This document shows, piece after piece, positions 1 through 12,306 of a DNA stretch of 64,000 nt. Origin of the DNA: Penicillus capitatus. Taxonomy: Eukaryota; Plantae; Chlorophyta. The DNA lies in NCBI GenBank assembly GCA_965649825.1, contig OZ287696.1:1832081-1896080 (forward strand). Reading direction: 5' to 3'. The notes under the pieces are model-generated. The model searched no databases. It saw nothing but the letters and a program-made list of their open reading frames with translations, and was not told the origin of the DNA. Both the position numbers and the translations under genes were made by a program. Position 1 is the first letter of the stretch. Each line of letters opens with the position of its first letter.

Positions 1-13
1 CTGAGAATATGAT

Positions 14-610
14 CTAATGATGCAGACATGAATGAGTAAGATCAAAGTGAAGGAGAAATTGACATACTTTTCCGATCGTCTGGAAAAAAATTCTTGCGAC
101 CTGCATCCAGCGCTCCGTCTTTTCGTAGTGAAGCACAGAGAAGCGAGCATCTTTGTAGGCATGCAGCTCTGTCGCCTTCTCCTCGTTCTTATCCGTCACC
201 TTCTTTTCATCGAAGGTGACCGATACCGGGAAGAGGAGACTGAGAACGAAAGCGAGTGTGCTCTTGCTGTCGTACGCCTTGACGATCGGGCCTCGATTCA
301 TGCAAAACGCGATGATCCTTGCTGGTGTCATGAAAAGAAACTCAATAATGCTATACACTGCTGCTATGGCTTCCTCATTCTTCTGTGCGTCGAACAAGAT
401 GCACATGATCGCCAGAACTGGAGTCAGAATCATGGCTCGCACTCCTCGCGACCAACCAGGACGTGCCGGTGCCACCACACAGCGCATCCAGTAGTACAGG
501 ACAAAGTGTCCAGCGACAAAAACATAGAAGCGTGTTGAGAAGTCCAGATTAAGTTCTGCGACCTTTGCCATGATGCCCTCCATGAGAGCGCTCCATCCCG
601 CGGTTTCCAT
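14..610 (-). CDS. MBOAT-family wax-ester synthase / long-chain-alcohol O-acyltransferase-like protein (5' part; continues beyond window start)
   Basis: Hydrophobic ORF with PGWSRGVRAMILTPVL...RIIAFCMNRGP...FVLSLLFPV, resembling the N-terminal half of plant wax synthases; donor-like AAA|gtatgt near the window edge. Confidence 0.55.
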   Translation of the reverse strand: METAGWSALMEGIMAKVAELNLDFSTRFYVFVAGHFVLYYWMRCVVAPARPGWSRGVRAMILTPVLAIMCILFDAQKNEEAIAAVYSIIEFLFMTPARIIAFCMNRGPIVKAYDSKSTLAFVLSLLFPVSVTFDEKKVTDKNEEKATELHAYKDARFSVLHYEKTERWMQVARIFFQTIGKVCQFLLHFDLTHSCLHH

Positions 611-856
611 CAGATGAAACACTGCGACTCAGGTTGTAGTCCGCCCAGTGTCCAGAGTTTCCCGTTCGTGTTCAGCTGTGCCTCGCGCACTCTCCTGACG
701 ACAGAGAGACGCAGACAGTGATGGCAGCGAAGGTGGCTCGCAAGATACAAGACGCGAATGATTGGTGCTGCGTGTATATTAGTCACCCCTCGTGTTGATG
801 TGACGTCGGTGGATTGAAGCCATCGAACGCTTCAACGACCGATCCATCGTCACCGT

Positions 857-2059
857 ATGCCCCTCCGCAAAAAAGTTCGCTCCGCCGATAGTTTTAACGT
901 TTTAGCTTCGTGGCTACAACAACCTAGCCACCTCGTCGGCGACAGTCAGCTAATAGAAAACTCGACTGGAAGTGCTTCTCTGGGCTATCTCTCGACTGCC
1001 GAGGATTTACTGAACGCCGACCAAAAGTCTGAACCTGGCACGCATCTCCGACACGACAGCTGCATTTCTCCATTCAGCCATCAGACACGAAAAGAGGGAC
1101 ACCGAACGCATCGCCAGGCGCATTCTCTTAGTGAAGGTATTTCTTTCTGTCGCCGCTTCACATCTGATGCACTGTACAGTTTCGTCGCGCGTTTGGCATC
1201 CAGGAGTGGAAACGCTGCTAACAGAGTACTACAAGGTAAGCCTTCGCTATCAAGGTATGAGATGATGGCGGATGTACAGTTGTTGGACACGACAGCCCCG
1301 AGGGACTCCTCGTTCGTCGCTGAGCGCTATCGCAAGTCGTTGATGGAGTGCCTGTTTGGTGCGTTGACCACAAAGCTGCCGACCTTTCTTCAGCTCCGCA
1401 CGATTTCCCAGAACTTTGGAGCATGGATGGATCGCTGCACGACAGAATCGCCAATAATTCTGTTGATTGCTCTGGTGACTGGGCTGCAGTTTCTGCGGTT
1501 CTTGTACATAAGCGTCGGGCTCCCACTCATCGTCTGCGTTGTATTGGGGAGTCTGGGACTCTTCATTTTGCAAAAAAGTGAGAAGAAGTACAAGGCATCG
1601 ATGCGCAAGAAAAACGACAACATCGCCACCCTCAGCGTATTCGAAGGCGGAAAACACGCAAACGCCCTTTCGAATGGAGCACGGTCTTATCGTACAGCGA
1701 ACCCCGCTGGTAAGTCCCCTTCTGCAATGCCCTGTATCCAAGTGTCCCGGCAGATGCGTCACAGCTTCCTCTGGCCAGTATCGAATGGTCTTCAGAGTTG
1801 AGGCGAGTCGCCGTTCCTGAGACCGATGGCAGCGATGCTTTTCAAGACACATCACCTCTTCAGAATCCACCGAATACCATCCATACGATGACAGAGAGCG
1901 AAATGCTTGAGCACGACATCCGGCAAATCCGGATAGCGCTTTTGGGATCCAGAGAGGGCGATTTAGTGCCACCATCCGGCAGCAATAACACAAGCTGGAT
2001 CATCGAAGCCGTTCAAGAGTCTCCTCCAATCCACTCCATGCCTTCCATGCGATCGCATG
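857..2059 (+). CDS. Hypothetical membrane protein (intron ~1709-1760; 3' end uncertain)
   Basis: 314-aa ORF with hydrophobic segments ([39 protein letters not shown]); G|gtaagt donor splices into the 1798 frame; no family recognised. Confidence 0.45.
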
Positions 2060-2280
2060 TATGTTATGTAGATTGTGTCATTTGGTGGGCCTCGAGTGTT
2101 TGCATGAAGAGAGAACAGATATTCATTCCATTCGCACCAAGATTGGCGAGCTGCGTGACGCTGTTGGCGTTTGAAGACAAGACAGCTTGCAAAAATGTCG
2201 TTAACGTTGATCTTTTAGCATTTCGTTTATCGAACAGCGCTGTCGTGTTGCGTTTCCGTGCATTGGATTGGATCATCATC

Positions 2281-3033
2281 ATGATGCGGTCGCGGTTGTC
2301 GTCGCTTTTGTCTGGTCTGAGGAGTGGCGCGTTCAGTCATATTGTAGAAGAGGGATCGGCACGACGTGCCTTTTCCGCTGTCGACGATACCACTCTTCAA
2401 CGCGTGCGCGGCGTCGTCAAGTGGTTTAACTCTGTTAAAGGATTTGGATTCATAACGCCCGATGCCGGCGGCGAAGATCTCTTTGTACACCAGGTAAGTC
2501 TGCACGCATCGTGGCGATCTCGGTTTTCAATGCGAGCTGTGATCGACTAGACGAACATACAAGCCCAAGGCTTTCGCAGTCTGCGTGAAGGTGAAACTGT
2601 TGAATTCGAAGTTGCACGAGGACAGGATGGCCGAACACGTGCCGTTAACGTAACAGGGCCAGATGGAGCTGAACCTCAGGTATAGAAGATACCCTGTCTG
2701 CTGGACATCTAACACGTCACATCAATCATTGGTTTATAGGGTGAACCAGGTGGCCGTTACGTAGGACGAGGGGCTGGAGGAGGATATGGTGGAGGGTATG
2801 GAGGAGGATACAGCGGTGGAGGAGGGTATGGAAGCGGCGGATATGGAGGCGGAGGGTATGGAGGAGGCGGTGGTGGCTACAGTGGCGGCGGATATGGAGG
2901 TGGTGGATATGAAAGAGGTGGCGGCGGCGGAGGTTATGGAGATGGCGGGTCAGGATCCCGAAGTCGAGGCGGCAGAGGAGACTACGGTGGATACCAGCGA
3001 GGTCAAAACGATTTTGGAGATGAAGAATACTGA
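2281..3033 (+). CDS. Cold-shock-domain, Gly-rich RNA-binding protein with N-terminal mitochondrial-type presequence
   Basis: Exons 2281-2493, 2551-2679, 2740-3033 (GT-AG). [28 protein letters not shown]|[19 protein letters not shown]...AVNVTGPDG, then GGGY repeats. Confidence 0.9.
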
Positions 3034-3365
3034 ACGGAGGGATCGATCATCTATCTGCCGATCCTCCATCTCTCTCCCATAGATGTCTGACACATCTCTA
3101 TCGTCTTTGAACAATCGAGTGTGGCTAACATTTCTGTCTGTTAATCGTGCGTGCGTTCGATCGAGTGATCGTTGTCCATTGCGTGCCGGGTCATGAGTAA
3201 GTAGCTTTGATGTGGATTGAGGGACTGATGTGACGTATGAGGCATTAAATGGCGGCACGTCTTGACGATGTAGACGGTCCTTTGAAGTTTCGCGTTGTTC
3301 GCATCTGACTTCGTCCACAGTTTCACGCGTCGTGGACATTGCTTTCTTCTGTCGTCGTCGTTCTC

Positions 3366-4153
3366 ATGTCGCGTTGCAAAGGGAGCGTTAAATGGTTCAA
3401 TTCGACCAAAGGCTTCGGCTTCATCACTCCGGACGATGGAGGCGCGGATTTGTTTGTCCACCAGGTGAACGAACGCACACTATATATTTGTTCAGCACAC
3501 GGTCGGGCATTGTGTACGCGACGAAATTGCAAAGATCTTTGAATGCAACGCAACGGAGCGGAGGTTGACCGGCGTCGCGTTTCCCGCGGCACCGTGGAAT
3601 AGAAGTGGACGAGAATAATCCTGTGGTGTGCGTAGACAAGTATCCAGTGCCAGGGTTTCCGCAGTCTCCGTGAGAACGAGCCTGTCGAGTTCGATATTTC
3701 ACAAGGCGAAGATGGTCGCACAAAGGCTATCAACGTGACTGGCCCGAACGGCGCCGAGCCTCAAGTACGTCGCTATAGCGCGCGAAGTTTTGTTGGTGCT
3801 TTGTGACATCGAGGCTTTTCGCCTTATAACCGGCGATAGCGCGTACGTACGTACGTTCTTCGAGGTTCCAACCTGTGGTTCGGCAGGGCGAGCCGCGTGG
3901 TGGCGGTTACGGTGGCGGAGGCTATAGTGGAGGCGGATACAGTGGTGGTGGTGGATACGGCGGAAGTGGAGGCGGATACAGTGGAGGAGGTGGTGGTTAT
4001 AGCAGTGGAGGAGGTGGATATGGTGGAGGTGGCGGCTATCGTTCTGGAGGTGGTGGTGGATACGGCGGCGGCGGTGGATATCGTGGTGGCAATGGGCGTG
4101 GGGGTGGAGGTGGTGGCTACCGCGGTGGCGGTGGCGGCTATGATCAATACTAA
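3366..4153 (+). CDS. Cold-shock-domain, Gly-rich RNA-binding protein, tandem paralogue without presequence
   Basis: [28 protein letters not shown]|[19 protein letters not shown]...GPNGAEPQ|GGY/RGG tail; same two intron positions as the upstream copy. Confidence 0.92.
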
Positions 4154-4532
4154 ACCTTCTCATCATCATCAATAACGACCAACGAATGATGCGCATTTGT
4201 AGCATGAGTTTTGTTGCCGCGCTCTATTTTTTGAATTTTTGTCCTATCCGATATTTTGATGGAGGCACAAAGATAACATCAGGAATCCGAATCAGAATTC
4301 ATTGAATCATTCTCAACCAATGGAATTCCTTGACGGTTTTGCACGAGAAGATCCTACATGAGAGATATGAGTATCATCTTTTTGGTGGTTTCTTTATATC
4401 ATCATTCGCAGCATCGAAAGTCTATTCACATAGAGAAATTCATCGGATAAGCAATCTGAAAATGAGCAACGGTCTGGACCTTAACTGAGAGTTTCTGGAC
4501 TCTTTTGACAGCACTACACTTGACTCATGTTA

Positions 4533-5230
4533 TTATGATGAAGCACGTTTGTCGGTTCGCCCCTTATATTGATGTTCCCTAACCTTTTTTCTTTGTGGTG
4601 CCACTTTCTTGTTTTTGGTGTTGTGCATTTTGTGCCAACTCTGAACATTCAAGTTGGCTTGCTGAATGTTGAGATTAGTACATAAGTGTGAGATGATGAT
4701 GCTACACACAAAACTGACAATCCTAGATTTGCAGATTGCATCTGTCTCTTGAAGATTTACCATTACCTGTCGAAACAGTGTCGCATCGCCATGACCGATA
4801 CGCGAACCTTCCGCCGCTATACACGACCCTCTCGTCGAAGATGCCTTCTGTTCATCGAACAAAAACGCAAAGAAGGCAACGCCCTTCGACGCGAAGCCAC
4901 GAAAAGGCGACGGCTGTCGGAAACGGAACAGAGTCCGTGGCAAGACGAAAGAGTATTCGACGTTCTCGTACACGTTCTGAAACGGGTCCACGAAAGCGCA
5001 AACGGCAGAGAAGATGTTGTTGCCCATCTCGCCTGCGCTCCGCAACAAATCACCTGTGGCCTTTAGCTGAACAATGCCTCTCTGGTGTGTCTCCTGTGGC
5101 GTGACGTTTCCAAAACGGTGAAGGTCTTGGACACGGCGACGTCATCGCCAAGACCTTCGTAATAGGAGCCTCTGTGCACCGTCATTGAGTGTGAGGCCAA
5201 TCGCTATCTGTGTCTGTAGAGGCCATAAGA
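4533..5230 (-). CDS. Probable uncharacterised multi-exon gene (model unresolved)
   Basis: 171-aa open terminal exon plus a protein-like upstream frame (GSYYEGLGDDVAVSKTF); no family recognised. Confidence 0.25.
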
Positions 5231-6024
5231 GCCATGAAGAGAAGACTGTCCGGCAGTCCAGATTGGCGGAGTGTTCTTGATGACTGCAAGGACAGACCGG
5301 TTGGGTTGCTGACGCCGTGGACGTGCTGGAATGGCACTTGTGTATTAGAATGATGTGTACGCTGTGAAACGCAGTGTGGCGTGAATGGAAGGCACTGTTT
5401 CGCGTAAAACACACTCGACGTTCGTCGACACTCCACAGACATTCATATGTTACATGCATCAATCGGCACTGTTTTCGTCGAGGACAGTGACGTCTAGTAC
5501 ACGCGATGGGTACAGTAGGCGAATATATGAAGCGCCCAGGAGACTGTATGCAAAATACTGTCATTGCTAAAAGTCACGCGTTTGTCGCCATTCGCGGCAA
5601 TGCCGAGCGCAGCGATGGGATGTTGCTTAAAAGCGTGACCGCGTAGAAAAAAGAGTGAGATAATAACAGCGGCTGCGGTTGATGGGACGTCCCTCTCTCA
5701 TCGATGGAATAACCTCTTTCAGGCGGCATCGCATCCATGGGTGATGCAGAAATGCATCGTAGATATGCATTCGATGGAAGAAATTTATAGCGAGTAACCT
5801 CAAACGAGCAGAGCGTGGAGGAATCGTCCGTAACAAAGCCGAAAAGCGGCGGCGGAATCCTGGCGGCTGTCCTCTCACACAGCATCTCTCTAATCAGACG
5901 CATCGACACACAGCGCATCTTTTATCAAGATCCTTCCGTCACAGTTTACACAGTTGGATGGATTGGTCAGACAAATAGAACAAGACAGAAATATCTGTAC
6001 ATAAAATCATGGGACCATTTTTGA

Positions 6025-7049
6025 CTACGTCGCGGCAAAGTCTGTGAAACCGGACTTTATGAAGATCTTTTTGGCGATGATGGCCAGAATCAAGAACCCG
6101 AGAACGTACGTCAACGATGTCCAGATCCATTCGGAACGCGTGCTGTCTTGCTGCTCTGTTGGACGTGTGCTGCGAGCAGATCGATCTTCTGTCCCCACAC
6201 TCGGCTCTCCCTTTGTCTCCGCTGCCGTCGGTAATGCACGGGATAGACCTGTTGCTGTCACGATCACTTTTGAATGCACACGTATGAGGAGTGACTTGGA
6301 GAGGCAGAAGAGGGCCTTGTGTTTTGTATGCGACAGAGGAGCTTCTCATGAAGATGTCGTGCTAGTTTTCGACGTTCTTCTGATCCAAATTCCGCAACCG
6401 TTGATCTCGATTCCGCCGCCAATTTTTTCCGCACACTCGGATCCAGATCCTGCACAGCCGTATCTCGCTGTCTCGAGTCGATAAAGGGGAAGGGTGGCTT
6501 GCTATGGAACCCAGAGCACCCTTGCCAGGCGTCGGGAGGAATGCCACCAGTGCCGTCAGCGCTGTTCGCATGCTCCACGACGGCTGCCAGTGTTCCGGAT
6601 GGTAATCCGAGATCGATAAGCAAATCTTAGTATTCGTCTCAAAACGACCGTTCTTGGTGAGCATCATAAAGGAGGGTGGTTTAAACGGATAATCTGAAGG
6701 CAACAAAATGCGTCCATGATACATACCGCCCTGTAAACACCATCGCAACGACATGCTTCTCGGTTTGGAAAGCGTGGGCACTTCAAAGTCTGTGTCTGGC
6801 GGGCCACGAATAACGAAATGCCACTCGAAGATGTTTTCCTAAGGATGGTATCTGTGAGAGGCCATGGGAGAGCAATGCAGAAGCCCCTTGCCTCGAAAGC
6901 TTGCGCGACGAAGTCGACAGAGTCGTCTCGCTCCATCTCGCGCATTTCCTGAAGTGCAGTGGTTTGTGCAGATGAGATGAGGTCGGAGTAGTAACCTGGA
7001 GGATACGTTTGACCGCAGGGTTACGCAAGTTATACCTCGTTTCAGCCAT
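6025..7049 (-). CDS. UBC32: ER tail-anchored ubiquitin-conjugating enzyme E2 (UBC32/UBE2J1 type)
   Basis: MAETRYNLRNPAVKRILQ|EMREM...ENIFEWHFVIRGPP|GGMYHGRILLPSDYPFKPP...GRFETNTKICLSISDYHPEHWQPSW; C-terminal TM LTYVLGFLILAIIAKK. Confidence 0.9.
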
Positions 7050-7404
7050 GGAGTGGAAAAGCGCGTGCCTTAGTTCTTTGCGTCGAAAGGAAGGAGAACG
7101 CGTGTCTTTGGCCAATTAATGTCGAAGATGCGAAAATGATGACAACAGGGGAAACAGCGATGGAGGCTGGGTCAGGTGCGTGCACGCGTCTCTATGTACA
7201 GTGCTACAGAAATCCGCTGTCGATACACGAGAGGCGATAGAGTTGTTGACGTGTGTCGTGCGCAGAGACAGGAGTGGCGGCGATCCGCAGAAAAAGGAAC
7301 GGGAAAAAGGTTTGCGTTGGAAGTCACACTTTGCCATCGGATCGAGGTGAACCTGTCTGTGACTGTAGCTGAAAAAGGAGAAAAAGTGTGAGAAGAAGGA
7401 GATC

Positions 7405-8292
7405 ATGGCTGCGAAACCTCCTTCGGTGAATGTACTGGGACCATCGCCGAAATCACTGAAGAAGGTGAAAAAGATGGTATTCTTGATCTTTAAGGTTTTG
7501 CTTGACCACTATGCGTTGGTTTTATGATAACAGAAGCAAAAGACAAGAAAGCAGTGCGACGCTAGTGTTCCTGCAGTCGACGAAATGGCACCGGTCAAGC
7601 TGAAAAGGAAGCGTTTGACCAAAAAGGGCGAAAAATCGAAAGAGAAGAGAAAAAAAGAAAAGAATTCGGCGCCGCCGCCGCCGCCGGAATCGAACGAGCA
7701 GCAGATAGACGATGTACGACGAGGCTGTCCCTTTCTCGCATCTATGTCCTTTTCGGTGCACAGAGAGCAGAGGACGTTTCTCACAAACGAAAACATTTGG
7801 AGAAAAACGGGGATGTCTCTGCATTGCCTAAAAAACACAAAAAGAAGCGAAAGAAAGAAAAGAGTAAGACCGCAGAGACATCTCCACCGAAGAAAGAAGA
7901 GATGCCAAGAGAGAACGAAGAAAAGGCAACAGATGTGACACCGTCCGAAGCAATGGATGAAAAACCTGAACCGGCCACAAAGAGTGTCCAATCCACAACA
8001 AGATCTTTTCGAAGAGTGACCGATGAAGAATGGCTTGGGAAGAAAGGAGCTTGGGACAACTCATATGAAGCCACCTTCGGCTCTTCGGGCTGGGGCGCCA
8101 AGGCACAACAAGTGCTAGGTCGTCTTTCTTACCTTCACTCCTGTCCGTTTATGTGACATGTATTGTGCAGCCACCGTCCGCGGGAAGAATTTTCGTCACG
8201 AGAAGACGAAGAAAAAGAGAGGCACGTATTTCGGCGGCAAGATTTCGGCAGACGTTATCAATTCGATCAAGTTTGATAGTGATGAGGACTAG
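7405..8292 (+). CDS. SRP40: Lys-rich nucleolar protein with SRP40/Nopp140 C-terminal domain
   Basis: K/E-rich low-complexity region, then FRRV...DNSY...[10 protein letters not shown]|[24 protein letters not shown]...[10 protein letters not shown]. Confidence 0.85.
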
Positions 8293-8316
8293 GCGAAAAG
8301 GGTGTGATCGTGTGCA

Positions 8317-11300
8317 TTACTCTTTGACCGTACTCCTGTGTCTCCAAAAATCAAAATCTTCCTTCATCACATCGGGATCGGATGCGCCCTGTCGGAGCGT
8401 GTCGTAATAGATTTTGCGTTTCGGATCTTCGGTATCGAGCAACGGAGGAGGCGGAATAGTTTCGTCCTCTCCCAGAGAATAGCGACGAATTGCCGCTAAA
8501 CGACGATGACTGGATTTCTTCCGGAGAATCTCACGGATCTACACAACGTGCCCGTCGATGAGGAAGAATGGTATCTACTGTGGAAGGACCTGTCGGAATT
8601 TGGCTTTTGCCACCTCAGGAGTTAACAGCTTGAAGACATCGACATTGCCGATGATGACTTCCGCAGCGAGTCGTGCTGTCTCTTCCGAAATCTCGAAATC
8701 CTTCTCGATGATGAAGATCGGCCGTTCAAACATCGTCGGCTGCACAAAAATGAAATGCACCTGTGCGGAAGGCGTGGATGGATCTGAGCTTACGGCGGCA
8801 TCGATGGCGTCGATGAAAGAACAGAAACCGCACTTCCCTTTGTTCTCAACGAGTTCCTGCTCTGCAGGATCGTTCGTCGATTCGTAGATTTCTTCGAGAC
8901 TGATCACGGGCTCCGGAATGTTACTCTCTGCCAGAGGTGTGGTCTTGATGATCTCGACGATCTTCGAACCGTAGATCAATTCCCTTTCGTCTGCTTCTAT
9001 ACATTCCGCCACTCTCTTAATCACATGGCGGTACTGATCGACTATTCGTCGTGTCCTGCACTCATCTCTTCCACAAGGCAAAACAGATCATGAGACATAC
9101 CGTTGATAGGCAACCTCTTGCAGGTATGCCGAGTAACGTTCGAACCAATGAAAGGTCTGTTTCAGTGTCGCATCGTCTTTTCCTGTCATTTGCATCGGGA
9201 TATGTCTTCACAAGAAACGAATGATCGCATCGCAGGAGGCATGCATCATTGGGAATATATACCTGAATGCTGGATGGAGATTGGACTGGGCCACCAGGTA
9301 ATGCGCAAGATCTCCGGCAACGGAGATGTCTTCAGAACTGGAGAGGGTAATATTTTTGGTGCCAAAGAGCACCTCTTCTGCTGCCCGAGTCGACAAGAGA
9401 GGCACCAACAGACCGGCACAGAGTTCGATCATAGTCGGCTCCCGTTCGAGTTTCACAACATTTTCTTCGTGGCCCGGAAAAGTCAGTTGATGCCATTTGT
9501 CTCCTTCGCTGCCGTATTCTCTGTTCTTGAATAGGATTCGGCCCAGAAGATCTCCTTGAGGACGCATCGTAACGGCATCGATCTCCGGAATACCTGGTGT
9601 GATCGCCAGGCATACGGCTCGAGTTGCTTGGACGGTGATGAGGAAGTTCTTGGCCTTTGAGTCTGGCAGTCCTTCCTGTGGCAATCCGAGTTTCGCCTTC
9701 TCGATGGCTTCTTCTATGTGAAACATCTCGATGGTGGCGGTATCTGAAACCACAGTTTCGCTCACATTGGCAGCACGGACCGACAGAATAGCAGCTTCAT
9801 TCAGCAGATTCGCCAGATCTGCTCCGGAATAGCCTAAAGCACCTCAGTGTGATACATCCTTGATCGTGACCTGAGAAAGAACCCAGTGCGAGTCTCGCCG
9901 TCTCTTCCAGAATCTGAGCTTTGCGTTCTTGGTCTCTGCCAATCGGTTTGTTACGTGCATGGACTTCCAAGATCCTTAATCGATTGGTTTCGGACGGTAA
10001 TCCCATGTAGATGACTCGATCGAAACGTCCAGGACGCATCAGTGCCCTATCCATTAAACCGATCCGATTCGTCGCACCAATGACCAGAACCTGCCACACG
10101 TGCACAACAGGTCACCCCTAGCGTTGATGTGCCAGAGGAATACATTGTCGTCTGGGTAATTTGCTCCGTCCATTTCTACCAGCAGTTGCATCAGGCCTGC
10201 TTCCCTTTCAGCAGTTCCAGAATCTCCACCAGGTCCTCGGCGTTTACCAATAGCATCAATCTCGTCTGGCAAACCACACGATGCATCTTAGGATAGACAC
10301 GCACCATAGAGTGAGCAAGCGACCTATGAATATGACACTGGGAGCCCTCTCTCGTGCCATCTTAAACAGGTTTCGAATCCGTGCGGCAGCAATTCCTGCA
10401 CGCACACACACCGTTAGCCTGGATGATGTCTCCTGTCATCACGTGAAACACCTCAACCTGAAAACAGCTCGACAAATTCAGCACCGTTGCAGCTGTAGAA
10501 TGGCATGTTCCCTTCCCCTGCCATCGCCTTGGCCAAGTAGGTCTTTCCTGTACCAGGTGGTCCTTCCAACATGATTCCCTAATACAGCCATTCACAGGAC
10601 GGTCTTGATCAGGATTACGATGGCACCTTTGGCGGTTTTGCTCCCATACGTTTGTATTCTTTGTCTCCTCGCATTATCTTGATGACTTCGATGATGTTTG
10701 ATTTGACCTTGTCGATTCCGGCCACATCTTCAAATCGTACACCGGTGTCGTTCCGTTCCTCTCCTTCACCGATATTGAACTCCACGGCACGTGGTCGTGC
10801 ATACTGCTTCATCAGTTCTGCCATGGGATCTGACTTCTGCCCGAACCTCTCATTGTACTGACAGACACATCATGCCTTCTCACAAAGACTGCTTGCCGAT
10901 TCTCACCTTCATGCCGACCCATACGGCGATACGAAGAGCAAAGAGTGCGAGGATAGGAGTGAACTGGCCGATGAAATCGTTGAGGAAGACATAGCTTCAC
11001 ATTTAATCACAGAAATCTCGAAAACGGCAGAGATGGAGGCATTGCCTTACGCATCGTTTGGGTCCAACACCACCAGTTCCGCAGTGACTTGATGTTCCTT
11101 CAGCATCCATTCGTATTTCATCCGGCCATCGCGTGTCCTGTGATACTGATTGCGTTTCATCAACCTAGACTCTCTAACTGAACACAGGGAACGGTTGAGA
11201 GCGGATTTAGTCAGACCGTAGAAACGTCTCATCTTCCCAGATGTCTCCTGGCAGTTCACAGTAATAACGCATCTTCTCCATCTTCCATTCAGGTTTCTGA

Positions 11301-12216
11301 TCCACATACACCACACTGATCACCACACGGCGCATCGCATACAGTCTAGTGAGCGATATGGATACGCACCTCCAATCGTTCTTGTCATACTTGACGCCAG
11401 CTCTGTAGTTTGAAGCGTGAGTCTCAAATGGCACCTGGGTGTTGCTGTGAGAGGATACCAAGAGAACGGATGCTTGCCTCGACGATAGCGACCTGACCGT
11501 CTGCCAGAAGATACACACGTTTGACGCGTTTCTGCAGCAGGAGTTGGATCAGACGCGCATAGGAGATCTTAAGGGTGCCAATCATCGGCAGGTATTCGCC
11601 ACTTCCTGACACAGCGCTCCATAACAACGATGATAGATAGCTGGAGTTCAGCCACACCAAAGTAGATTTTGTCACGCAAATTCTTTATCTTCTTGCCCAC
11701 ATCTCCCAAAGAGAATGCAGCGAAAGAGGCAGCATTCATATACACCACCTGATGAACCGCACGTACATAACAGAACGTCAGAAATCGCATGCCTCTACCT
11801 CCAACTCACAGTCCTCGCCCTGGTTTTCAGAATCTCTGCAGATCCATTATCACAGATCCATCGGATCATCAACGATGAGAGGTTGATCTTTACCGTGTGG
11901 GTGAGGTTGAAGGTTCCGGAAGATCGTCTTCGATCTCAGACGAGCGACCAATCTCACTCTAAAGACCGAAGAGTGACATGTAAGCGAGAGGGTGAGCTGT
12001 CTTCCGTGCCCTGTTCGGAGAAATGCTGCGAATACGTTGTATACGACGCCTGGGCGTCGGGATGCTCGTCAGACCGTGCCTTATGGCGATCCCCCTCCAC
12101 GATAGAGCCTGAAGCGCCACGCCACGGTCGTTTCGTCGGGCCCGACTCGCGACTCGGATCCATTTCGTCGCGAGGCCCATTTGGAAAGGAACCCACGTAC
12201 GACAAACGCGCCACAT
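8317..12216 (-). CDS. ftsH: Plastid FtsH-family AAA ATPase, proteolytically inactive (FtsHi) type; start approximate
   Basis: FEDVAGID, Walker A GPPGTGKT, Walker B DEIDAIG, SRH GATNR...RPGRFDR; the HEXXH position reads VQATR; many introns. Confidence 0.85.
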
Positions 12217-12306
12217 AGATGACGTCATTATCAAGGAACACTTAAAACGCATCCTCTCCGTTTAAACATCAAAAACCATGTATCATGTCGATAAAGGACA
12301 TGAGTC

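Noticed and set aside
2740-4153. GGN/TAY-rich repeats as a non-coding array or CRISPR
   Set aside because: They are in-frame Gly-Tyr coding repeats with no repeat-spacer structure.
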